Assembly: GCA_963514005.1 (NCBI GenBank)
Contig: OY740809.1
Location: 14,012,001-14,076,000 of the forward strand
Origin: Raja brachyura
Taxonomy: Eukaryota
Length of the DNA stretch: 64,000 nucleotides
Direction of reading: 5' to 3'
Part shown: one piece after another, positions 49,529 to 63,012 of the stretch
How positions within the stretch are numbered: position 1 is the first letter of the stretch
Layout of the letters: the number at the start of each line of letters is the position of its first letter
Program-made: the position numbers and the translations under genes
Notes under the pieces: model-generated
What the model was told of the DNA's origin: nothing
Database searches by the model: none
The model's input: only the letters and a program-made list of their open reading frames with translations

Positions 49529-50400
49529 TGGCACAGTGGCGCAGCGGTAGAGTTGCCGTCGTACAGTGCTTGCAGCACCGGGGACCCGGGTTCGATCTCA
49601 ACCGGGTGCTGTCTGTACAGAGTTTGTACGATCTCTCAGTGGGTTTTCACCGAGATCATCGGTTTTCTCCCACACTTGAGTATAGGAGCAAAGAGGTACT
49701 TCTGCAGTTGTACAGCGCCCTAGTGAGACTACACCTGGAGTATTGTGGGCAGTTTTGGTCCCCTAATTTGAGGAAGGGTATTCTTGCTATTGAGGGAGTG
49801 CAGTGTAGGTTTACAAGGTTAATTCTTGGGATGGCGGGACTGTCATATGCTGAAAGAATGGAGCGGCTGGGCTTGTATACTCTGGAATCTAGAAGGATGA
49901 GAGGGCATCTTATTGAAACATATAAGATTATTAAGGATTTGGACACGGTAGAGGAAGGAAACATGTTCCCCATGTTGGGGAAGTCCAGAACCAGGGGCCA
50001 CAGTTTAAGAATAAGGGGTAAGCCATTTAGAACGGAGAAGAGGAAACACTTTTTCACACAGAGAGTTGTGAGCCTGTGGAATTCTCTGCCTCAGAGGGTG
50101 CAGGAGGCTGGTTCTCTGGATACTTTCAAGAGAGAGCTAGATAGGGCTCTTAAATATAGCGGAGTCAAGGGATATGGAGAGAAGGCAGGAACGGGGTACT
50201 GATTGGGGATGATCAGCCATGATCACATTGAATGGCGGTGCTGGCTCGAAGGGCCGAATGTCATACTCTCGCACCTATTGTCTATTGTCACTCCAAAGAC
50301 GTACAGGTTTGTAGGTTAATTGGCTTCGTATAGGTGTAAATTGTCCCAAGTGTGTGTAGGAATGTGTTAATGTGCGGAGATCGCTGGTTGGTGTGGACAC
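49529..50400 (+). mobile_element. V-SINE (HE1-like) interrupted by a CR1 3' fragment (49677-50288, CACT duplicated)
   Basis: A box TGGCGCAGCGG and B box GGTTCGATC. The SINE resumes at CACTCCAAAGACG. The CR1 part encodes LHLEYC.QFWSP..RGH. Confidence 0.9.
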
Positions 50401-53400
50401 CATTATGGTAATGCATAGCAGCACTGCTTCCTGTGACTTTTGCTTTATAGGTTTGGCTTTGCTGTTTAACATTCTGTTGCCCTTTGACACAGCATTAATT
50501 AGACATATCGAGCATGCAGCATTTGGTACTGTGGATTTGCCATCCATTAAGCACCATTGTTCATTCTGCCTATCTCAGGGTTAAATTCTTAATTGTACTC
50601 CACTAAAATGGACCATACTGATATAAACTTGTGGTAACAGAAATACAGGAGCCTTTTGCTATCACATTGAACAAGCAACACCCAGTGTCATGGAGGCATG
50701 CTCTCACAGTTTTATTCAGATAAATTAGTGCAGAGCTTATATTTTAATAAAACATTCAAGTTGAGTCAACTTGAAGCAGCAGCAGCTGCAACTTAAATCA
50801 AGAGTTTGAGAAATGAGAGAAAAATCAGTTTGAAAAACAGAAAGGCAGGAGAGTAATTGACTGTGGGAATTGAATCTTCCCCTGTTCCTTCGAGGCATTG
50901 TCTCTCAACTGGAGTAGTTAAAAGTGGTATTAATGGAAAGAAAGACATGCAGCATCGCTAGAGTTAGTGATCAGCCGGAATATCGAGAAATGTTAGCAAA
51001 CAATAAAGAATAGCTCATACAAAAATAAAGATGGGTAAATAGATTATGAGAGTGAGCTAGCAAGAAATAGTCAGTAAGATCTTCTACTATTGTATAAATA
51101 AAAAGGATGAAATCAGCTAAATTGACAATAGTTATTTGAGGATAAATGGTATAATTAATACACTAATGGGAAATAAAGAAATGATAGAGATCTGAATATT
51201 TTGCATCTGTGTTCCATGTAGAAGGCATAAAATGAATTCCACAAATTAAAAAAACCTTTAGGCAAAAAAGTCTGAAGAAATGAAAACAAGTGCCATCATG
51301 AAGGAAAAGAGATAAGGCAGAATTAACAGATCTGAAGCCTTTCAAGTTCCCTTGCATCCACGCTAAAAGAAGTTGCTGCAGAGATTGGTTGTGACCTTTC
51401 AAATTCCCAGCAGAAAGGAAAGCCACAAATACAAAATCCTCATTCTCAGAGGGAGGGACATACTAAACAAGGACTACAGGCCAGTTAGCCTGGCATTCAT
51501 CTTTGGAAATTACTGGAGTTCACATGAAACATTTAGAAAATCATTACACCATCAATGTTAACATGACTTATGAATGGGAAATCAATTTTGACATTTTAAT
51601 TATTTGAGGATGCAGTGAAGTAAGGTGAATAAAAGGGAAATAATAAAAGTGGTGTGTTTAGAAGGCAATTGTTAAGATGCTGAATAAAAGGAATGAACTC
51701 ATGGCATTGAGAATAATATAATGGATAGACAGAGAATATATGATTGAATAGCTAAAAGAGATAGGAGAGAGATCAAAGCATTATTTTGAGGTTTGCCACC
51801 TGTAGCTATTAGAGCCCCCCAAGGATCAATGCTGGGGCTTCAACTATTTATGATCAATAATAGTCTGAATAATAATAATAATATTAATAATAATAAGCCT
51901 GGGAGAATATTACACTTTAAAATGTAATAAATACTTTTAAATAATTAAAAAAAAAAGAAATATTAGCTAAGTGGTATGTTTTATAGTGAAATGGATGACA
52001 GCATCTCTCATGTTGTGTGGATATGTGAGGAGTTCTGATAGCCCAGGGAAAGAAACTGTTTTTAAGTCTGTTTGTCCGGCTTTTGACGCACCTAAGAAGG
52101 GTCCCGACACAAAACTCGCTGAGTTACTCCAGCACTTTTTTTTGTGAACCAGCATCTGCAGTTCCTTGGGTCTGTATGATCTATATGAATTTGGATGAGA
52201 GGATTGAGTGTTGCAACTGAATTTGCTGACGATAGAACAGAAAATATGAAAATAAATTGTGTTGAGAACACAACAAAGTTTGCAAAATGGTAGAGATTGT
52301 TTAGATGAATTAGCAAAAAAAGTGGCAGAGGGAGTATTGTGTGAGCTCATCCTTGTTTTTGGTAAGAAGAAGGCAAAAAGAGAATATTATTTAAATCTTT
52401 TTATTCGATGTTCAGAAATGCCGGCAAATATTGTTTATGTGTAATTGGCCTTGAGCTTATTGGTTGGCTAGGGCAAAGAGTCAACTTTATCGTGGAGTCT
52501 GGGCTAGAATTGGTGAGGTTGGCAGACATTCTCCTTTTGAAGGAAAACACAAAGTACTGGAGGAACACAGCCACTCAGACAGCATCTGTGATGGGAATGG
52601 AGAGATTGCGTTTCGAGACTGCACCCTTCTCCACAAATGCCGCCTAACCAGCTGAGTTCTTTCAGCAATTTGTGTTTTGTTCAAGATTCCAACACCCAAG
52701 GTTTCTTCCGACGAGAGTTCAGCAAAATGTCTACTTTGAAGAACTTCTCCTCCTCTCTCCGACAAGAGTTCAGCACAGTCTGAAGAAGGGTCTCGACCCG
52801 AAAAGTCGCCTATTCCTTCTCTCCAGTGATGCTGCCTCACCCGCTGAATTACTCCAGCATTTTGTGTCTACCTTAGATTTAAACCAGTATCTGCAGTTCT
52901 TTCTTACACATCCAAAGTTTCTTGATCTTCCTTGAAGGAAATTAGGAATAATTACTTAGGAGAAGGATTTATTTTGTAATAAAATAAACAAGAGGGTCTC
53001 GATCAGAAACGTCACCTCTCCATTTTCTCTAGAGATGCTGCCTGACCTGCTGAGTTTCTCCAGCATTTTATGTTGATATTTATTTGTATGACATTTATTC
53101 CAAACTAAATGTAACACTTTTGCAGAGGGGATATTGTGTACAAGTGGGAAAGTTTTACAACTGTGTATGACGCTACTGGGACAACGTGGATATTGCATAT
53201 GATTCCGGTTTCCATACTAAAGGAAATATAAACATGCATTAGAATCAGTTCAACAAAAGTTGGAGGGTCATGAACAAGATCAGTGGCAGGTTCTTGACAT
53301 GGGTGAACCACATATTGAGTCGGCCCTCTAGAGAGTTCCCGTTGATTTGACCTGACTTGGCCTTCTTCCTGCCACTGATCTCATTCACACCCTCCATGCC

Positions 53401-53676
53401 TCGCTTGCTATCGTTGGCTGCCTCTACTCCCTCTATCATTCTCACAACCTCCTCCTCCTTCAATTTGTTGTACAACTCAAAGAGCTGGGATTTGGCCGCC
53501 TTCAGGTCCTCCTTGTGCTGCTCCATGCTGCTCTAGTGTAGGCCTCTTGGCTTTCAACAACTACTGTCCATGCTGCAACAACTCAGAGTTGCGACTTCTC
53601 TTCACACACTTCGCTTTGGGTAGACTCTTCATTGCTTCAGAATTGGCCTCTATGAACCGTTCTTTGCCAGCCTTTA

Positions 53677-54413
53677 GGGCCTGTCCCACTTAGGCGACTT
53701 TTTAGGTGAGTGCAGGAGACTCTGCGCTCGCCACTGGATTGCCACATGGACGCCACATGTTCGCTGGTGGTCTCTGGTGAGTCTCCTTCATGGTCGCGAG
53801 GATTTCCCGCATTCTGGGAACTAGTCGCGGTCTCAGTCTGGTCGCCGTAAATGGTCGGTATGGTCACCGCAATAGTCTCAGTATGGTCGCTGCAAACTAG
53901 TCACAGACTCAGTATGGTCGCCGCAACATGTTGAAAAAGTTTCTGCAACCATTTTCTCCATTGGTCGCCATGGAGAAAATCGATAATCCTGTAGTCGTAG
54001 GTGCAGTTGTTGTGGGGTCACCATGTAATTATTGGTAATCGAGGTAGTCGTAGGTAGTTTCAGTTAATTGCCTTTGCTGTCCGGTCATTTTCATTTGCTC
54101 ATAGGGGAAAAAAACGTAAGCGCGAGTTTTCAGAACCAAAGATAACCGACCGGTAATGTTAAATGCCCACCGAACTTCACAGCTGTGTATCTCTGGTTTA
54201 TTCAAAGTTGTCTGGCTTCTTAAAAGTGTCTCCACTTCTTCTCCCCCCCTTCTCCCCTCACCCCCCACCCCCTTTCAAAGGACTTACCGTACACTGTACT
54301 AGCCGTCTTAACCTTCCTGCTCATTGCAGTGCGTGTCTGTATCACCTTGGCTTTGCACCGGGTGAATTTCAGACAGCGCTCCCCCCAGCTTTCCCTGGTC
54401 CCCGCCTTTGCGA

Positions 54414-54456
<43 letters not shown>

Positions 54457-54558
54457 CACTCTGACAGTCGCCGTTCCAGTTCTCGGTTTTTCAGGCGACT
54501 GCCGGGAACTTGACAGTCGCCGGCAGTCCGCTGAAAAATCGCCTGTGGGACAGGCCCT
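53677..54558. mobile_element. PIF/Harbinger-type MITE (882 bp)
   Basis: TIR GGGCCTGTCCCAC / GTGGGACAGGCCCT with TTA on both sides; contains (GT)17 at 54421-54454. Confidence 0.88.
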
Positions 54559-54730
54559 TTAGCATTTTCCCTCACCTTAGCTCTTCCCCTTTCATCTTCC
54601 TCTTCCACCTCGTTTCTCCTCCTCCAGCATCTAGAAGCGGTTCACCAAATCTACTGTGTATTGGGCCTGTAGATCTGGTTGAGAGGAAAACAACTTCCAG
54701 TCCACTTTTTCCTTGAAGCCAGGAGACTTA

Positions 54731-54982
54731 AGGGCCTGTCCTACTTAGGCGTAATTTGCGCATCATTTACGCGACATAACTTATGTGTCATGACACACGA
54801 CGCGCACGTGATGCGTGCATGGCGTGCATTACGCACGCATGGCGTGCATTACATGTGCATGGTGTGTGGTGACGCAGGCTGTGATGCTTGGTCGCGCCTG
54901 GCGCCCCAGGATTTTGGGGTTCACAAAATCTTCGCGGACCACCTGCGTGACGCGCAAATGATGCCCAAGTGGGACAGACCCT
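54731..54982. mobile_element. PIF/Harbinger-type MITE (252 bp)
   Basis: TIR AGGGCCTGTCCTACTT / AAGTGGGACAGACCCT; TTA TSD at 54728-54730 and 54983-54985. Confidence 0.9.
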
Positions 54983-56099
54983 TTAGGTTGCCTCACGCTT
55001 AGCCTCACTCGCATTGTCACCACTTGGTGATCTGAGCTCACGTTCTCAAAAGTTCTGTACGTTTCAGCATCCATGACACTGTTGCGCCATTTGCGTCAGA
55101 CCAGGATGTAATCTAGCTGGCACTTTTCTTCTGTGCACCGGTCCTGATGTGTCCACAGCGTTCCTTGTCACTTCTTGAACATGGTGTTGGCTGCTAGGAG
55201 ACTATGCTCCTGAAGAAAGCTGGCTAGGTGTTGACCATTCTGGTTAATGTCACCGGTGTGATAGATGTAACAGGCATCCTCGGGCCCGAGGCGGGCATTG
55301 AAGTCCCCTAGCACAGCCAGAAAATTGTACGCAGGTACTCACTCCATCGCAACTTGGAGGACAGAGTACAATTGTTCCATTTCGGCCTCAAAGCTGCTGT
55401 TGTGAGGGGAGTAGCATACTATGACAGTGGTAACAGGGTAACCACTAGACTCAGCAATAAGGACTCGAGGACTGACAGAGTGGACTCCTGTAGCGCGCTC
55501 CTTGCTCTCCGACTCAATAGCAGACTCACTCCTCCCTGAGCAGAGTTGTTTATAGGACTACTCCACGCTGACGATGTGATGAGGTCCATGCCATCCGCTT
55601 TGTCAAACCTGATCTCCACATCTCGGTGGACACGATGATGCTCTTGAATGCCCAGGACATCAACCCTGCATCTCTGACTACACGCTGCTACCTCAGTAGA
55701 CCTTGACTCTTCACGAATAGTTAAAGCGTTGAAAGTTGAAAACATCAATAACCTCTTGCAGAGGCACAGCCACCTTAGAATAAATAACCATTCATTTATG
55801 CTGATTCTTTCAGCAGGTCATGAATCTTTTGAATATTTTACCTCGGGGATTTGTGAATTGTGAATATATTCATGACTGAATTGAACCGATTTTGATCTGT
55901 GGGGGAGTTAAAGGTTTGGGGGAATAGCTGAGACCAAGCTCAGAACAACTATGTTTTCATTGAATGATGAAGATGGCCTCACAGGTGAAATGGTCTACTC
56001 CTGCCCCTGTTCCTTATGCCCATGTTGCGTTCTTTTCTCTGGTTCCATCAGACCCGGCATTGAACAGAAGGTTGATGGAATGACACCATCCACTTGGGA

Positions 56100-56562
56100 C
56101 ACATGGTCACTGTCACAGTTGTCAGATCGGCCTTCTGGAGCGTGAACCCACCGTAAGCAACCAGCCTGGACGGAGTGACCTCAAGACCTGTGCAACCAGC
56201 TGGCAGGAGTATTCTCCTTATTCTTCAACCTCTCACTATTCCAGTCTGAGATTCCCACCTGCTTTAGGAAGACCACAATCACCCTACTATCAAAGAGAAG
56301 CTCTGACAAACAGCATTTTGATGAAGCTGATGATGGCGCACATTAACTCAGGCTTCCCAACAGCCTTCATTTACTGCAGTTCACCTACTGTCACAAAAGG
56401 TCCGCAGCAGACGCCATCTCCCAAGCCCTCATTGCTGAAACATCTAAATAACAACACCTACGTTAAACATACTTATTGACTATAGACCTTCAACACCATA
56501 ATCCCAACCAAACACATCTCTATACTCCTAGACCTAAGAATCAGCAATCCCTTCTGCCACTG
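56100..56562 (+). mobile_element. Old Rex1/Babar RT fragment
   Basis: FNLSLFQSEIPTCFRKTTI, LQFTY and FNTIIP remnants. Confidence 0.7.
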
Positions 56563-56847
56563 ACTTATAGAGTCATAGAGACATGCAGCATGGAAATGGC
56601 CTTTCAGCCCAACCCGTACGTACCGACCAAGATGATCCACCTAAACTAGTCTAATTTGCTTATATTTGGCCCATATCCCTTGCAACCTTCCTGATGCATT
56701 ACCTGCCAAAATGTATTTTCAATGTTGTTATTGTACTTGCTTCAATCATCTCCTCTGGCAACTCTTCCAATAAACCCACCGCCCACTGTATCAAAAGATT
56801 CCCCCTTAAATCTCTCACCTTAAACCTATGCTCTTTAGTTTAGTTCA

Positions 56848-57305
56848 GACATGTCCGAGACAGTACATTTGGAAAACATTAGGCTTGTCTTGGCGGAAAA
56901 AAACAGATCAATTTCTTAAGACATGGACACCCTTTACCGAATTCTTACAACAATAGCATGGTGCAACACAAATTTAAATTTAAATCCGATGCTGGGTTGG
57001 GTGAGGCGGGCGGGGGGGACGAGGGGAAAGGTATGTCTCCACTTTTCTTTTTCTTTTTTTTAAAAATTATTTCTATATCTTTCTGCTACACTGCTTTGGT
57101 AGTTTAGGGGATTTTCTTTTGTACATCTTCAATCTACCTTTTCACTTTCTACTTTTCTTTCTGGTTTTCTCTTTCTTTCCTTTTTTTCATTTTCATAATT
57201 TAGGTTATAAGTTTAACAATGAAGCTGTACAATAATTGTATAATTTTAGATGCCGAATGTTTTATCTCTGTACAATTGCTTCTAATTAAAAAAATAAAAT
57301 TAAAA
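56848..57305 (+). mobile_element. L1/Tx1-clade 3' end
   Basis: HLENIRL...QFLKTWTPFTEFL-type C-terminus, T-rich UTR and A-rich tail. Confidence 0.6.
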
Positions 57306-57418
57306 CAAAGTTTAGTTAAGAGATACAACATGGAAACAGGCCTTTCAAACTACTGATCACCCATACACTAGTCCTATCCTACATAGTGGGATTTACAGAA
57401 GCCAATTAACCTACAACC

Positions 57419-60400
57419 TGTTTTGATATGTGTCTACTTACTATATAAGTAAAACTAGTACATATTAGACGGAGAAAGATGGCTCCACACACACTAGTGT
57501 TGGGATGAAAAGCAAGAATTATTTATTTCCAAGTCAAAGGTCACTAACTGATTTACTGAGCATGTGCGAGAATGAGTAAAGCTCATATGCATAAATTACA
57601 TGGATATTGTCACATCTTTTCCTTTTTGACATTATGCGGTTACATTTCCAACGATACAAAACAAAGCAAACCTAAACACTTTTCATAATATTACACCACA
57701 GTGATATGGTTTAACTTAACTGAATTAAACAACTTTTCTGTCTTATTTCGCAATTTCAACCATAGCCATGCTTGTGACTTATTTCAATAACAAAAAATAA
57801 TGTTCACATGCTTTCTTCTCATAAGCATGTAGGTACATCACAACAAAACACCTTACTTCTTGACATACTCGCCGTATCTTTCCGACGGTCTGACAACTCT
57901 TCCTGCCCTAGTCTTAATGATGGTGTTTCTTTCAGAAGTGTCTTTCTTTTCAGTGTGTACATTCTGCATCACTTCTAGTTTCTTCTCTAGTGTCACTTTG
58001 ATTTTGTTTAGTTTTCTCTTGTTATGAGTTTCAAGAGTTGCATTTTTTTTGGTGATGCATGTTGTGTTGTTTTTTCCTGTGTCAGCTGAGGCTGCAAAGG
58101 TTTCTCAGTCTTCCCTGCGTCTGGTGGTTTCTCTGGAGTTATGTGTGGGGGTAGTTCTCCGGTCTTCTTCAGATCAACTCGATTACGTCGGATTACTCTG
58201 TGTCGACTTCGTATGATCTCTCATCCAGTCGTTTCTGAACTGTTGCTCTCTGTCATCTGGTATCTCCACGTGATTTGAGCAGGTTTGATGTTGCTGTAAG
58301 TGTCATTCTTGTTCTCCTTCCATGCATTCTTTGTGCAGGACTACTGTTCACTCCTTGCACAGATGTGTTGCGCAATTCCAGTATTGCCAAGTAGACATCT
58401 GTCTTGGAGTGTTACACAAAAAGCTGGAGAAACTCAGCGGGTGCAGCAGCATCTAAGGGGCAAAGGAGATAGGCGACGTTTCGGGTCAAGACCCTTCTTC
58501 AGACTTAGAGTCCACTGTCTTGGAGTGAGTGGTTTTCTTCAGTACTCATTTAGCTGCCTTGACTGCCGATTCCACCTTACCGTTAGCTTGGCTATGTCTT
58601 GGAGAAATTGTGTAGTGGTCAAATTCCAATTTCCTGGCAAATTTGGCGAACTCCTCTGATGAGAACTGTGTCCCGTTGTTGCTTACCACAGTGCTGGGAA
58701 TTCCGTATCTTGCGAGGTGGTTCTTGAGTTTCACAATGACTGTCCTGCTGCTCAGGTTGTTCGGTCTGTCTATTTCTCAGAAATTAGATAGTCAACTGTG
58801 ATTAAATAATGCTTTCCCTCAAGTCGAACATATCGGTTCCCAGATTCTGATTCTGTTGTTCGTACGTCCTACAGGCTTCAGAGTTTGAAATGAACTGCTT
58901 CATATTGGAGTTCATTCCGGGCCAGAAAATGCATTCTCTAGCACGTGTGAAGGTTCCTTCTACTCCTAGGTGAGAGGTGTGGAGTGTCTCCCTCATATCT
59001 TTGCATAGAGTGATAGGGATTACAACTCTCTCTCCTCTGAATACTAGGCAGTCTTGAACACTCAACTCGTCTCTGACGTTGAAGTACGGTTGTGCTGCCT
59101 CTGGGACTTCTGCTTTATGATCTGGCCATCCATTGTGGATTACTTTCTGAACGGTCTGCAGTGTTTCGTCTTCCCTGGTATGGACTTGGATGTGTTTGAC
59201 CTTGTCCTCTCCCATGCTCAAGGACTCAACTACGTTGACATCAGTGACATCAGTGAATCCGGTCGATCCTATGGTGTCCGGGAGGTATGCTCGGCATGTC
59301 TTTTCCCTTTATCCATTTTATCTTGATGTCATAATGTAACATCCTCATCATCATGCCCTGAAGACGTCTTGGTGCTGTATGCCGAGGCTTTTTGACGATG
59401 ACTTCCAATGGCTTGTGGTCACTCTCAACTATCAATCCCTGTCCGTAGGTGTACTGATGAAAGAGAGTGACTATTGCTAGTGCCTCCTTCTCAATCTGAG
59501 CACATCTCTGCTTGGTTGGCATCAATGCTCGACTCACATAAGACAGTGGTTGTCCTTTCTGCACCTACACCTGCCTTGCTTGCATTACATTGTATGGCCA
59601 GCTGTTCATCTGGTGTGTAGTACGCAAGGAAAGGTGCCGTTGTCAACAGCTCCTTGATCTTTGACATTGCCATGTCATGTTCTGATGACCATTCCCACTC
59701 TGCATCCTTGTGGGTCAATCTCCTCATTGGCTCAAATGTGTCCGATAACACTAGCGGGAATCTTGCCTAGTAGTTTACACTGCCTTGTGATCTTTGGATT
59801 TCTGTTGGATTGGTCTGGTTGGGCATCTCTAGGATAGCTTGGGACTTCTTCGGATCCAGTTTCAGGCCACGATCTGTAACTACATGTCCTAGAAATGTGT
59901 TACAAGTAGTTTTCACTTCCGACTTCTTCTTGTTCAGCTTGATGCCTGTGTCTCTGCATCACTGAAGAAGATCTTGCCGTCTTGCATCGTGATTTCTTTC
60001 TGCATCTTCTCTGGTGTCCCCTACTCCGAATAGGACGATGTCATCTGCAACACATTCCACTCCCTTTAATCCTTCTAGGGCTTGTTGCAGCTTCTTCTGG
60101 AAGATCTCTGCTCTTAATTTCAGTCCAAATGGTAACCTCTTCCAGCGAATTCTCCCAAAAGGGGTGTTCATGGTTGCTAGGAAACTGCTCTCCTCATCTA
60201 GTTCGCAGTGGAGATATCCTGACTTCAGATCGAATTTGGACAAAATCTTCGCCTTGGACAGCTTAGGGAGTATGTCCTCTATGACTGGTAATCTGTGGAT
60301 CTCCCTTTTGAAGACTTTGTTGAGCGGTCGAGGATCTATGCAGAACCTCAACTCTGTGCTGTCCTTTTTCGCTGTGACGACCAGCCTGCTACACCACTCA

Positions 60401-61598
60401 GTTGGTTCTTCTTCAAGATGTCTTGCTGGGCCAGCTTTTTCATGAGACCATTCTTGACCTTCCCTTACATGGCAACAGGAACCGGCTTTGCAGAACACTG
60501 TGGTGGGGTCACACCCTCTGTCTGCGTTACCAACTTGACCTTGCCAGGCAGTCTCTCCGGCGTTTCGGAGTCAAAGACATCTTTGTAGTTCTTGAGTAAT
60601 GAGTCAGCCTTGCTAACAGCATTCAGGCTCTTGAATTCTCGTAGTGAACCGTGATGAGTTTCATCTGTTGTACACCTTTGTCGCTCAGGAGCGGTGAGAG
60701 CCAGGCTTCCTCTACCATTATGAAGTGAACACAGTACTTTTTGCTGTTCATCTTATTCCAGAGTATGATTTTCATCCTACCTTCTGCCAGCAGGTTGGAT
60801 CCGTTGTACATCTTCAAGATGATTTTCTCTTGTCTAATGTCCTCTTGTTGGGTACAAGATCCTTGGGAATCACATTAACACTGGTACCAAAGTTAATCTG
60901 AAGCTTGATGGCTTCTGTGCCGACCTGCATTTCAGCGAATGGGCCTGAAGAACAATTGTTTCCAGCTGCTTGACTTCATTCATCTCTCCTATGATGATGG
61001 TAAACATCTTGTCGAAGATGACTTTCACATCTGTCTCATCTGCTAACGTTTCAAACATCAGGGTATTCAAGATTCGCAGTCCTTCCAGTCCAACCGTATG
61101 CAGGAATACTGCTTTTTGATACTGTTTCCCCTTCTTATCCAGTTCTGTTATCACTGTATAATTTTCATACATTTGTTTAAACATTTTCTACTCTTCCACC
61201 TGAAATATCAGCGTATCCCCTTGCTCTTAATAGCTTATGTTATCTTTAAGCAGTCTCCCACAGCACGTCGTTTCAACCCTCGACCCCCACAGCACTGATT
61301 TACACACTGCGTCTTATCTTTGTGTGTTCACTGCCCTGCATTCCTCTCATGCATGCAGCTAGTCCAGTCGCTGAGCGCTGAAACACTTTCACTGCTGCCA
61401 CCATGTTTTGAAATGTGTCTACTTACGATATAGGTAAAACTAGCACATATTAGACGGAGAAAGATTGCTCCACACACACTCGTGTTCGGATCAAAAGCAG
61501 GAATGATTTATTTCCAAGTCAAAGATCATTGACTGATTTACTGAGCATAAGCGAGAATGAGTACAGCTCATAAGCATAAATACATGGATATTGTCACC
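57419..61598 (-). mobile_element. Gypsy/Ty3 LTR retrotransposon with both LTRs, decayed, inserted in a V-SINE
   Basis: LTRs at 57419-57614 and 61404-61598 (~195 bp). PBS TGGTGGCAGCAGTG (tRNA-Leu-like) and PPT AAAAGGAAAAGA. Gag, RT (CIDPRPLN, NTPFGR, LPFGL, VADDI), RNase H (QIEKEALA, SDHKPL) and integrase (SHLG, NGTQF, ANGKVES). AACC is on both flanks. Confidence 0.95.
58412..58514 (-). mobile_element. 103-bp PLE-derived insertion with intact hammerhead-like motif (58475-58502)
   Basis: The minus strand reads CTGAAGA-A-GGGT cttg ACCC-GAAA-CGTC. A 13-bp TSD CTGTCTTGGAGTG lies at 58399-58411 and 58515-58527. Confidence 0.85.
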
Positions 61599-61695
61599 CA
61601 AACCTACAGTTCTTTGGAATGTGGGAGGAAAACTGAGCACTCAGAGAAACAATTAGTTACAGGGCGAATGTACAAACTCCATGCAGACAGCACAT

Positions 61696-61955
61696 GTCAT
61701 CATCATCGGCTGTTAATCGAAACGAGTATGACTGTCCTCTCCTCTCCATAGGGTCGTCTACTTATGGGTCTGTAGAGGTCGATCCGCGATCCACACACCT
61801 TGGTGCAACATGAGTAATGGAGACTGGCGGTGGTTGGTAGTCGTCAGGCCCCCTTCTCTCTCTCCTTACTGTGCCGTTGCTTTGTCTCTGCAACACGGTG
61901 TAGCTCCGTTTCATGCCGTGCAGCTCCTTCCTGCATGGATTTCCTCCAGGAAGTA
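61696..61955 (-). mobile_element. RTE LINE 3' end
   Basis: Degenerate C-terminal C..C.SRI.L zinc-knuckle motif (CCTKVCGSRIDLY) and a (GAT)n tail. Confidence 0.6.
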
Positions 61956-62222
61956 GTCAGGATCAAATGCAGGTTTCTGGAGCTGCAAGGCAGTAACTCT
62001 ACTGCTGCACCACTGTGCTACCCTAGAGCTAGTTATTGATTTCCCTATCCTGGAAAAAAAGAGTGTGCATTTACCCTATCCCCCTTCCTGACCCACACAC
62101 CACAATCAGTGAGGATAGATCACAGAACATCTTCCATTATCATTCTCAACACCATAGAAACATAGAAAATATGTGCAGGAATAGGCCATTCAGCCCTTTC
62201 AGCCAGCACTGCCATTCAATAT

Positions 62223-63012
62223 AATAGTAAGATTAAACAAGAACTTACCAGTTTGAAGTTTGATCTTTATTTTTATGAGGAGTTACGATGAGGGAGTACG
62301 TGAAGAACCCCTTCAGCCCGCATGCGTGTCAATCTTCGAAGCAGCGGTGTGAAGTCACAGATAACAGTTGGTGAACTGATGATAGTAAGATTCGAGAACT
62401 AGAACTACCAGTTATGTTTTATGAGGAGGGTTGGGAGCGGAGGGCACGTAATCCCTCATCGTAACTCCTCATAAAATAAAGATCAAACTCCAAACTGGTA
62501 AGTTCTCATTTAATCTTACCATTTTACTTCGGAGTCACGTGAGTGACTACGTGAAGATTTTGAAGCTCTGTGATTTCATGCCGTGGAACGAGTCCATGCG
62601 TCACACACTACAATGATTGACCAAGGAAGAGTGGAAAATCAAGTATTCAGTTATAACATAAATTTTGAACACGCTGAAAAATATTTAATGGACAAATTAT
62701 AATAGAAAAACCCTCTTACACTCGAGAGGGGTTTACAAAACAGTACTTAAAATAGAGTTTGCAAAATCATTTCACCTGGTTACAGGTTTATTATAAAACG
62801 TCTGGAACGTGCGTTCTGAGAACCATCCTGCGGCCGCTAGGATTTGGTCCAATGGGACATCCAGGACCCTTGCTGCAGACGTAACTGCAGCCCTGGTGGA
62901 ATGAGATTTGAACACATCAGTGTCTATACCAGGATCAGCCAGAACATGCTTTAACCAGCTGGAGATGGTTTGAGCTGAAACCTTTTTATGCGGTTTCTTG
63001 TGACTGATAAAT
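62223..63012 (-). mobile_element. DIRS1-like element (second subfamily): 3' end and YR C-terminus, interrupted by another DIRS
   Basis: Inverted repeat 62223-62302 / 62445-62523. The minus strand encodes SHKKPHKKVSAQTISSWL..FKSHSTRAA..AGWFSERTFQTFYNKP. Confidence 0.92.

Larger units (their letters stand above)
53218..55770 (-). mobile_element. RTE-like LINE, APE endonuclease region, decayed, carrying two MITE insertions
   Basis: STFNALTIRE, DVLGIQEH, QGGVSLLL, YAP, LGDFNA, LDYIL and SDH motifs across frames. Confidence 0.8.

Noticed and set aside
49529-49600. tRNA gene
   Set aside because: A and B boxes are present, but the sequence continues into the V-SINE body with no acceptor stem or terminator.
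49480-50202. 240-aa novel fusion ORF
   Set aside because: It is chance read-through from a SINE head into an inserted CR1 ORF2 C-terminus.
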